Positions 1 through 7,940 of a stretch of 10,932 nucleotides of DNA are shown one piece after another. How positions within the stretch are numbered: position 1 is the stretch's first letter; each line of letters starts with the position of its first letter. This DNA comes from Candidatus Vampirococcus lugosii (GTDB lineage: Bacteria > Patescibacteriota > Gracilibacteria > Absconditabacterales > Absconditicoccaceae): positions 1-10,932 of the forward strand of contig NZ_JAEDAM010000033.1 of the NCBI RefSeq assembly GCF_018420025.1, in the 5' to 3' direction. The position numbers were made by a program, and so were the translations under genes. The notes under the pieces are model-generated. The model had not been told where the DNA came from. It was given only the letters and a program-made list of their open reading frames with translations, and ran no database searches.

Positions 1-420
1 AAAAGAATAAATATTTTATGATGAATAAATGCTTTAACTATGAAATTTACTTCACTTATAACAGAAAGAAATTGTAATACTGAAACAGTAAAAGAAGTTT
101 TGTATAAAATTAGAAATGAGTACAGAAACTGAAAAAAAATAGTAATTATTTTAGATAATGCTAAATATAATCATGCTAAAGAAGTTCAAATTTTAGCTGA
201 AAAACTGTGAATAAAACTGTGTTATTTACCGCCATATTCACCTAATTTAAATTTAATAGAAAGAGTTTGGAAATTTTTAAAAAAAGTATTAAAAAATACA
301 TATACTCCTAATTTTCTTGATTTTATAGAAAAAATTAAGGCTATTTGCTGAGAATTTAATTTAACTTTTAAGGAAAAATTATCTAGTTTGTTGAATAATA
401 AAATTCAAATAATTAGATAA
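1..420 (+). CDS. IS630-family (DDE_3-type) transposase, C-terminal part; the 5' end lies outside the window
   Basis: Frame 1 is open from base 1 to TAA 418-420 once 5 in-frame TGA are read as Gly. The translation ...ILGGINALT...GKKIVIILDNAKYNHAKEVQILAEKLGIKLCYLPPYSPNLNLIERVWKFLKK... carries the IS630/DDE_3 C-terminal signature (LDNAxxH ... LPPYSPxLNxIExxW). Confidence 0.8.
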
Positions 421-453
421 TTATACTAATATTATTAAATGTTTTTAGTATAA
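421..453. repeat. Inverted repeat or hairpin directly after the transposase stop
   Basis: TTATACTAA (421-429) and TTAGTATAA (445-453) are exact reverse complements separated by a 15-nt loop. This could be a terminator or part of the IS end. Confidence 0.4.
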
Positions 454-487
454 TATACAAGAATTTTTTAATTATTATATAAATTTA

Positions 488-1627
488 TTGGATGAATGAG
501 AAGAAAGAGAATTATATTGAACTAATATATATGCTTATGCATGATTTTATAATATATTAAATTGAGATAATGAGGCTGGAGAAGAGCTTTTGGATAAATG
601 AATGTTAACATTAGATTCACTTTGCCTTGATTACATTTTATATTATTCACAAAATAATGAACAAAAGAAATCGGCATTATATTTTCTTTCTTTAGTTGAG
701 GATACTTGAAATAGTAAATTTGAATTATTAGATTTAATCTATAAATCTGAATGATATGAATGATTAAAATATTTTGCAACAAAAGATGTTGATGAAATTA
801 AATATTTATTTAAATCTAATGAATCATATAAAGAAAGTGAAATTATTTCATACTTGGCATCTGTTGTATATTTATTTAAAGTTATTGTTAATAATATTTT
901 AAATCATAAAGATTTGGATAAAAATAAAAAACTATTTATTGCAGAATTTAGAGTTCTTTATGATAATCTTAAAGATTTATCAATTTTTATATCATATGAT
1001 AAAGATAATCTTAAAATTTGATTAGCAAAAATATGATATATATTTACAATGTCTGTTGACTGATTTGACAAATTATTTCCTGAATTGTTCAAATCTACAA
1101 TTATGGATTATGAAAATAATAAAGAAGAATATACGGATTTGGAAAAAATTAATGAACTTGCAAATTTTGCATTCAAAGATTGATTAATAAAATATCAATA
1201 TGATTTTTGGAAAAATTTGGAAACTTATATAGTTAATTCTAATTATGATGATTTAAATAAACTATATTATTCTATATTTGATAATTATAATGAAAATTTT
1301 TTTATTTCTAGCGAAGAAGAATATATAGATATTAGTGGTATCAAAGTGCAAGAAAGATTATCAGCTTTTATTTCACTTTTTGCAAATAGTTATTTATCAT
1401 TATTAAAATCATATGATTTAGATATTGATCAAAATGTAATTAAAAAAATTTGAGTTATTTTTAATAAACTATGAAAAAATATTGAGTTTAATAAAGCATT
1501 AAGACATAATTGAATTAATATTGATTGAAACTATTTTGATGATAAAGAAATTTTTAGAAGCGAAAAACTTGATGATGATAAATATAAAAATAATTTAAAT
1601 AATAATATCTCATTTTTATTACATTAA
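488..1627 (+). CDS. Hypothetical protein (about 379 aa), acidic and Asn/Tyr/Lys-rich, no recognisable motif
   Basis: Frame 2 is open from 449 to TAA 1625-1627 when about 16 in-frame TGA are read as Gly. It absorbs track ORF 1217-1453. TTG 488 is the first plausible start and ATG 602 is an alternative. No signal peptide or TM segment is seen. Confidence 0.6.
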
Positions 1628-1706
1628 TTTTACTTTTGTTAAAGTAAATGTTTTAAATATTTTTTGATAAATTTTATTCAAAAGTTTTTTATATTCAAAA
1701 AATTAT

Positions 1707-1778
1707 AGTTTCTAAAATAGAATAGAAACTTAAAAATCAAAAAGTTGATTTTGAAATATAAATCATTATTATGATTTA
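1707..1778. repeat. Cluster of three short perfect hairpins in the 290-bp intergenic region
   Basis: The three stems are AGTTTCTA/TAGAAACT (1707-1714 / 1723-1730), AAAATCAA/TTGATTTT (1733-1740 / 1745-1752) and TAAATCAT/ATGATTTA (1759-1766 / 1771-1778). Each stem is 8 bp and AT-rich. Confidence 0.3.
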
Positions 1779-1856
1779 ATACTATTAAATATTTATGTTA
1801 TCTTTTTAATAAGAAATTTGTATTCTAACTTTTTTAAGAAATGTTTAATATAAATA

Positions 1857-1884
1857 TTGATTTTTTTGTTAATAAAATTATAAT
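1857..1884 (+). promoter_or_regulatory. Candidate sigma70-type promoter for the ATPase gene
   Basis: TTGATT (1857-1862), a 16-nt spacer and TATAAT (1879-1884) lie 34 nt upstream of ATG 1918. Such matches are frequent by chance in DNA this AT-rich. Confidence 0.3.
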
Positions 1885-1917
1885 TGCAAAAAATTTTTTA
1901 ATATTTATTTTTGGTTT

Positions 1918-4509
1918 ATGTTAAATAAATTGTTTTTTTATGCTAAGATTTGTTGAGAAAAAATTGCAAATCTTACTAATTCTGAAACACAAAAATCAGA
2001 AAACAAATGATGAGAAGAATTTTTATTTTATCAAATCAAACCTTTCAAAGATGAGGAAAATACTCTTGCTTATTGGCAAGGTTTTTTGGACAGTATACAT
2101 TGAAATAAAGCAAAATTAACTTTTATTGTTGCTTGAAATAGCAAAAATATAAAAATATATGTCAAAATTTCTAATGATTTCAAAGATTTTTTTGAAAATA
2201 ATTTCTATTCATCATTCAAAAATTCTGAATTAATATTAAAAAAAATTAATTTTCCTGATCCTAAATATAATTTAATATTTAAAGATGCAGTATTTCATAC
2301 TAAACAAGATTTTGTAAAAGATTGAATTTATGTAGATCCTATAAATAATTTTTATTCTTTATATTATGATATTTCTGTTTGATTTCAACTTTTTACTTAT
2401 GTTGAATATGATTTTACAGTATCCAAAAAGTCTATATTTATTAATATATTAATCAATATTTTATACTTTATAAAATATGTTTTTATAAAATTATTTTTCC
2501 GACGAAAAGATAAAGAAGATGAAAAAGAAGATAAAGAAAATTTAATAGATAATCAAGAAAAAAAATATTTTGCTAAATTATGATTATCTTTTGCGATATC
2601 ATGAGATTTTAATGAAAAAAATGTTAAAAATATAAAAAAAAATCTAAAATCAATTTTTTGAAATTTATCTAGTTCTTGAGATTTAAAAATTTCAAAAAAT
2701 TATGAAAAATTTAATGTAGATAGTAATTCATTAATAAATTTTTTTCATTTACCAAATTGAGATTTTGAAGTAAAAAATTTGAATTATTTAGAATACAAAA
2801 AACTTTCTTATCCATGAAATATTCCAACTATTGATAATTCTATTAAAAATGATATTACTTTACTTTGAATTACTGATTACAAAAATGATAATATAAAATT
2901 TGGTATTAGAAATGAAGATAAATTTCGTCATGTTTATGTTATCGGTAAAACTTGAATGTGAAAATCAACATTAATTTCAAATATGGCAAGAAGTGATATG
3001 ATTACAAATAAATGACTAGCAGTAATTGATCCTCATTGAGATTTAGTAGAAACTCTTCTTGAACATACTCCTAGTTGGAGAATAAATGATATTGTTCTTT
3101 TTGATGTTGCAGATTACAAATATCCTATTGCTTTCAATATTCTTGAATATAATACTGAAGAAGAAAAAAATTTGGTTGTAAGTGGTGTAGTTGGTACTTT
3201 CAAAAAACTTTATTGAGAATCTTGGGGACCGAGATTAGAATATATATTAAGAAATGTAATACTTTCTTTAGTAGATTATCCTTGAGCAACACTATTACAT
3301 TTGATAAGAATTTTGAAAGATAAAAATTTTAAAGACGAAGTCGTAGAACATCTTACTGATCCTATTGTAATTAAATTTCGAAAAGAAGAATTTGATAAAT
3401 GGAATGATAAATTTAAAGATGAAGCTATAGCTCCTATTGTAAATAAAGTTGGTCAGTTCCTATCTTCTCCTATTATAAGAAATATTTTTGGACAGAGTAA
3501 AACTCAATTAAATATAAGAAAACTTATGGATTCTTGAAAAATAATTCTTATAAATTTAAGTAAATGAAAAATATGAGAAGATAATGCAAGTATGGTAGGT
3601 TCATTTTTGGTTACCAAATTTCAAATAGATGCTATGTCTAGAGCAGATATTAGTTTTAATGAAAGAAGAGAATTTTATTTATATATAGATGAATTTCAAA
3701 ATTTTGCTACAGAAAGTTTTGAAAACATTCTTTCAGAAGCTAGGAAATATAAATTATCTTTAGTAGTCGCCAATCAATATATATCTCAAATAAATGAAAA
3801 AATAAGAAATGCTATATTTGGTAATGTATGAACTATAATTACTTTTAGTTTATGATATGAAGATAGTCAATTAATATCTTCTCAGTTTAAATGATTAGTT
3901 TCTGGAAATGATATAGTATCTCTCCCAAAATTTAAAGCTTATGCCAAAATAATGGTAGATGGTAGTACTACAGATCCTTTTAGTATGTCTAGTTTCCCAC
4001 TACCAGATCCTACAAATTGAGATGAAGTTAAACAAAAAATTATAAAACAATCTCGCCAAAGATATGCTATAGAAAAAGAAAGATTGGAAACTTTAATAAA
4101 AAATTGGTCAGAAAAAAAATTTTCCAAAACTGAAAAAGCAGTACAAAAAGCAAAAGAAATTTCAAAATCTAAAAATAATGAAAGCAAAAATAATAAATCA
4201 GAAAATAATAAATCAGAAAATAATGAAATTAAAAAAACTGAAAATTCTAAATCTTTACAAAATATTGATGATAAAAATACTGTAAAACTTTGAAACTGGT
4301 ATGATTGAATAGTAAAACTTAAATATAATTATTGATTATTTGTAATAGTATGAGATAATGAATGATTACTTCATAAGAAAAAAATTAATGTTCCAGATTG
4401 AGTAAAATGGAAAGATATGTATGATATATCTGATCAAATAAAAGTATATGCTGAAGATTACAAAGAAGTAAATTGAGAAAAAAAAGTAGTATGGACACAA
4501 TTAATTTAA
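1918..4509 (+). CDS. TraD/VirD4/TrwB-type (type IV coupling-protein-like) P-loop ATPase with N-terminal domain, TM helix and C-terminal S1-like OB fold
   Basis: Frame 1 is open from ATG 1918 to TAA 4507-4509 with TGA=Gly. It joins track ORFs 3301-3537, 3592-3831 and 4084-4293. Motifs: Walker A VIGKTGMGKST (core 2944-2970, two Gly encoded by TGA), VIDPHGDL (3028-3042), Walker B region FYLYIDEFQNF (DE at 3688-3693), then LSEARKYKLSLVVANQYISQI...FGNVGT. There is a hydrophobic helix SIFINILINILYFIKYVFIKLFF (2431-2499). The C-terminus GNWYDGIVKLKYNYGLFVIVGDNEGLLHKK...DQIKVYAEDY fits the S1-domain pattern. Confidence 0.85.
4180..4224 (+). repeat. In-frame 15-bp tandem repeat (about 3 units) in the ATPase low-complexity linker
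   Basis: aaatcagaaaataat occurs at 4195-4209 and again at 4210-4224 (both encode KSENN). A degenerate unit gaaagcaaaaataat (ESKNN) precedes them at 4180-4194. Confidence 0.7.
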
Positions 4510-4528
4510 TTTTATTTTAAGTTTAATA
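4365..4528 (+). repeat. Direct repeat copy 1 (164 bp): last 48 codons, stop and 19 nt downstream of the ATPase gene
   Basis: A base-by-base comparison shows 4365-4528 identical to 5010-5173 (offset 645 bp). Identity breaks at 4364/5009 and at 4529/5174. Confidence 0.95.
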
Positions 4529-4590
4529 TATATACTAATAAATACTATCAAATATATGATAGATTTTATTTATAATAAATACAAACACAG

Positions 4591-4917
4591 ATGAACAAAA
4601 AAATAATATTATGAACAATTATTTTATCAGCTACTTGAATTATGACAAGTGCATATGCTAATAATTATGTTTTATGATCAAATAATACAAATGAAATAAT
4701 AAATTTACCAGCTGAAAATGGAAAAATAAATTTACCAGCAGAAATAAATAATAAATTTTGAAGTATCAGGAAAAATTTAAATAAATATAAAATGAAACAA
4801 TTGAAAGAGATTAAAGAACTTGCTAAAAATTGAAATTTTGAATGAGCTAGAGAACTAGCAGAAGAATATTGACTTTGAAATGTTATAAAAAAAATTAAAA
4901 ATTGATATCAAAATTAA
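4591..4917 (+). CDS. Small exported protein (108 aa) of unknown function
   Basis: ATG 4591 to TAA 4915-4917, frame 1, with 9 in-frame TGA read as Gly. The N-terminus MNKKIILGTIILSATGIMTSAYA looks like a signal peptide. There is an internal duplicated INLPAE motif and a helical C-terminus KQLKEIKELAKNGNFEGARELAEEYGLG. Confidence 0.65.
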
Positions 4918-4920
4918 GTT

Positions 4921-4956
4921 AAAAAAATAGAGGAAATTAATTACTCTATTTTTTTA
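4921..4956 (+). terminator. Rho-independent-type terminator, potentially bidirectional
   Basis: AAAAAAATAGAG (4921-4932) is the exact reverse complement of CTCTATTTTTTT (4944-4955), with an 11-nt loop. The 3' arm ends in a 7-T run and the 5' arm begins with a 7-A run. It starts 4 nt after the stop of the small gene. Confidence 0.5.
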
Positions 4957-5154
4957 TAGGAAATATTTTTGGATATAGTAAAACTTATATTTATTAGTCG
5001 CTAATCAATATTACTTCATAAGAAAAAAATTAATGTTCCAGATTGAGTAAAATGGAAAGATATGTATGATATATCTGATCAAATAAAAGTATATGCTGAA
5101 GATTACAAAGAAGTAAATTGAGAAAAAAAAGTAGTATGGACACAATTAATTTAA
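4957..5154 (+). pseudogene. Decayed, internally deleted relic of a second copy of the TraD/VirD4-type ATPase gene
   Basis: taggaaatat (4957-4966) equals 3741-3750. The stretch 4991-5011 matches 3760-3780 (the LVVANQY codons) at 19/21 bases. It then runs straight into the perfect copy of the gene's last 48 codons and stop (5010-5154). The junction shares an AT microhomology, skips about 585 bp of the parent gene and is out of frame. In-frame TAG and TAA codons lie upstream. Confidence 0.5.
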
Positions 5155-5173
5155 TTTTATTTTAAGTTTAATA
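5010..5173 (+). repeat. Direct repeat copy 2 (164 bp), identical to 4365-4528
   Basis: See copy 1. Its last 6 nt (5168-5173) also supply the final sense codon and stop codon of the convergent minus-strand gene. Confidence 0.95.
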
Positions 5174-5935
5174 CGATTCATATTTCAAAGTTCATCATTC
5201 AAAATATATTTCATCTTCATTAATATAATTTGAATAATCCAAATCACTTACAAATCATTTTTTTTCTATAGCTTGCAAAAATGATTCTAAATGATTATAA
5301 GAAGTTCAAGATATATAACTAAAAACTACTTTAATATCATTATTGTCAATATTTTTTATAATTTCAAGTGTATTATCTATTTCCATCATTTCTATCTTAA
5401 AACTAATTTCCAAAGCTTGTTTAATTCATTTTTCTCATTCTAATTTTAAAGTTTCAAATTTATCTTGTGATACTCAATAATTTATTGGTATTTCAATATT
5501 ATATTTATTAAATATAGATTCTATCGCTTGTATATGTTGATATTTAGAATTTGTTATACTCTCAAAAACTTTAATATTATATTTTTCATAAAAATAATTG
5601 TAAAGATCATAAGACAATATTTTTTCAAAATATTGATTCATAAGTTTTTCAGTTTCGTAACTAGATAAAGCTTGTTTTTCTATTGTTTTAATCATAGATT
5701 TAATATTATTTTTTTGATTTTTATTTTGTTTTCAAATATTTTTTGATATTTTTTTATTTTGTTCTCAAATATTTCTTGATAATTGTCTATTTTGTTTTAT
5801 CAAAATTCATCAAGTTTTTTGTATATAATTGTTTTGCTTATTTGGTATTTCTAAATTTGAATAAATTCAGTAACTTGAACTTGTAATTAATATTGTTATA
5901 CTTCCTATAGTTAATAATATTTTTATATTTTTCAT
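5168..5935 (-). CDS. Exported DUF2202 (ferritin-like superfamily) protein, 255 aa
   Basis: The minus-strand ATG is at 5935-5933 and the TAA stop is the complement of 5168-5170. There are 12 in-frame TGA read as Gly, and the CDS extends track ORF 5474-5695. The N-terminus MKNIKILLTIGSITILITSSS is hydrophobic. The core ...LSSYETEKLMNQYFEKILSYDLYNYFYEKYNIKVFESITNSKYQHIQAIESIFNKYNIEIP...KQALEISFKIEMMEIDNTLEII...DIKVVFSYISGTSYNHLESFLQAIEKKG follows the two-half DUF2202 layout. Confidence 0.7.
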
Positions 5936-6036
5936 TTATATAATTTAGTTATTTAAACAGTTTTTTTAATTATTAAATTATAAATATTATAAGATATTAT
6001 CTTAAATTAAAATTAAATATTTTATATAATGAATTA

Positions 6037-6064
6037 TTGAAAAACTTATTTTTTTCTGTATTAT
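6037..6064 (+). promoter_or_regulatory. Candidate promoter for the mod-res operon
   Basis: TTGAAA (6037-6042), a 16-nt spacer and TATTAT (6059-6064) lie 31 nt upstream of ATG 6096. The AT-rich background makes the call weak. Confidence 0.3.
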
Positions 6065-6095
6065 GAAAGCAATTTTTAATTAATATTTTTAAAAT

Positions 6096-7940
6096 ATGTC
6101 AGAAAAAAATATTATAAAAACAAAATGAAGACCTATGCTTCACTGGGAATGAAAAACAGCAAGTTTAAATATTGAATACTACCCTACTCAAGAAAAAGAA
6201 GTTTATTGAAATAAAAAATCAACTGATTTTAATAAAATATTTTGGTGAGATAATTTTCAAGTTTTATCTCATCTTCTCAAAGATTATAAATGAAAAATTG
6301 ATTTAATTTATATAGACCCTCCTTTTGATAGTAAAGCTGATTATGTAAAGAAAGTTAAATTTAAAGGTAAAAAAATTGAAGCTCAAGAACAAAGTATTTT
6401 TGAAGAAAAACAATATGGAGATATATGGTGAAAAGATGAGTATTTACAGTTTATGTATGAAAGACTTTTACTTTTAAGAGAACTTTTAAGTGATACTTGA
6501 AGTATATATCTACACTGTGACCATCATAAATCTCATCATCTAAGATGTATGATGGATGAAGTATTTTGAGAAAATAACTTTAGAAATGAAATTATTTGGA
6601 AATATACTTGATGAACTGATAGTAAGAATTCTTTCTGAAAAAAACACGATAATATATTTTTTTATACAAAAAACTCTGAGTATGATTTTAATATGCAATA
6701 TGAAGATTTTGCTGAAGCTACAATAAAAAGATTTAATAAAATAGATGAAAATTGAAAGAGATATAAAGAAACTTTTAATACTGATTGAAGTTCATATAGA
6801 ACATATATGAAAGAATGATGAAAGAATATGGCTGATACTTGGGCTGATGAAGAAATTATAGAAGAAAATATAGTAGTTAGTAGTCATAATCAAAGTGTAG
6901 ATTACCCAACACAAAAACCTGAAGCTTTGCTTGAGAGAATTATTAAAGCAAGTTCTAATCCTTGAGATTTAGTTTTGGATTGTTTTATGTGAAGCTGAAC
7001 AACTTGTGCAGTAGCTCAAAAGTTATGAAGAAAATGGATATGATGTGATATAAATACTTGAGCTATTCAAACAACAACAAAAAGGTTAAATAAAATTATT
7101 GAAGAACAAAAAGAAAAATATTTGGAAAAGATAAATAATGATGATAATAAAATACTTAATGCAATTATAGAAGCAATTTTAGTTAATTGATGAAAAGCAA
7201 ACTATACAAACGATATTTATCCATATATAAGAGAAAATTACCCTGAAATATATAATAAAGAAATTAACACTTTTAAATGAAGAATAAATGCAACAGTTCA
7301 AAGATATACAAAAGATATGGAATGATACAACTGAAATGAAATATTTATTTCTCATTGAAAATGAATTTGAACTTATAGTTTAAAAAATGAAGTTAATACT
7401 CCTTTATCTTTCAAGGTATATAATGTAAATGAATATAGTGCTTTCAAAAATAAGGATGAGTGAATACAGACTTACAAAGATATACTTCTTGAAGCATATG
7501 GAGTAGAAAGTATAAGATGATTTTTTGATTGAAAAACAAGTAGTAGTTTTGTAAAAATTATAGACCCAAATAGGCTTTTAAGTAAAAAAGATATTGATGA
7601 AGTTTTGAAAAATATTGATGATACACAAGATGAATTTATATCAAATAAAAGCCCTCTAAAATATTATGATGTAGAACTTATATGTTCTTGAAAAGAGCTT
7701 GATATAGAAAACTATATTAAGAAAACCAACAATACACAAATCAAGATAATTGTAAGAGATATATTAATTGAAAAAGAATGACTTATATTCAAAGAAAAGC
7801 CAGAACTTGAGTATGATTATAAAATAAATTGAAAAGAATTGAATATAAATATTATAGATTTTATATCTCCTGTATTATTAAAAAAACTTGATATAGATAA
7901 CAAAAAAACAAGCTGAAAAAACTTTAATAGAACATTTTAA
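6096..7940 (+). CDS. mod: Type III restriction-modification methyltransferase (Mod), beta-class N6/N4 amino-methyltransferase; reading frame ends prematurely
   Basis: ATG 6096, frame 3, open to TAA 7938-7940 with TGA=Gly. Motifs: N-terminal MLHWEGK (6141-6155: cac tgg gaa TGA aaa), motif IV IDLIYIDPPF (DPPF 6315-6326), PTQKPEALLERII, and motif I LVLDCFMGSGTTCAVA (6984-7004, both Gly encoded by TGA). Motif IV before motif I, together with a downstream res gene, is the Type III Mod arrangement. Confidence 0.85.

Larger units (their letters stand above)
1..453 (+). mobile_element. Partial IS630-family insertion sequence (right-hand portion); right boundary not resolved
   Basis: It contains the transposase 3' end. 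The left end and left terminal inverted repeat are outside the window, so the right TIR and TA target duplication cannot be identified. The end coordinate is set provisionally at the inverted repeat that follows the stop codon. Confidence 0.4.

Noticed and set aside
522-782. 86-aa minus-strand ORF from the supplied track
   Set aside because: It lies antisense to the frame-2 plus-strand CDS (488-1627), which is continuous under code 25. The translation is low-complexity I/L/Y/N-rich with no motif. It is a typical shadow ORF in AT-rich DNA.
3939-4187. 82-aa minus-strand ORF from the supplied track
   Set aside because: It is antisense to the motif-rich ATPase gene and so is a shadow ORF.
3301-4293. 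Track ORFs 3301-3537, 3592-3831 and 4084-4293 treated as three separate small genes
   Set aside because: All three are in frame 1 and separated only by TGA codons. Together they carry consecutive parts of one TraD/VirD4-type ATPase, so they are fragments of a single code-25 CDS.
4545-4576. Hairpin CTATCA-aatata-TGATAG (4545-4562) plus TATAAT (4571-4576) as terminator/promoter elements between the ATPase gene and the small gene
   Set aside because: The stem is only 6 bp with no proper T-run, and there is no convincing -35 element at correct spacing. It is plausible but indistinguishable from background.
4365-5173. The repeated 164-bp sequence as a CRISPR-like or other array
   Set aside because: There are only two copies. 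They are far longer than CRISPR repeats, they derive from a coding sequence, and an expressed-looking gene separates them. No short regularly spaced repeats occur anywhere in the window.
5700-5800. Repetitive T-rich DNA (caaatattttttgata / caaatatttcttgata) on the plus strand as an independent repeat element
   Set aside because: It is the antisense of the imperfectly duplicated N/K/Q-rich linker (RNIGEQNKKI / KNIGKQNKNQ) within the DUF2202 CDS. This is coding low complexity, not a separate element.
5990-6004. 15-bp palindrome TAAGATA-T-TATCTTA in the divergent DUF2202/mod intergenic region as an operator, for example for an R-M controller protein
   Set aside because: There is no controller (C-protein) gene or other regulator in the window. 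A/T-only 7-bp arms are expected by chance at this composition, so the palindrome is not supportable as a regulatory site.
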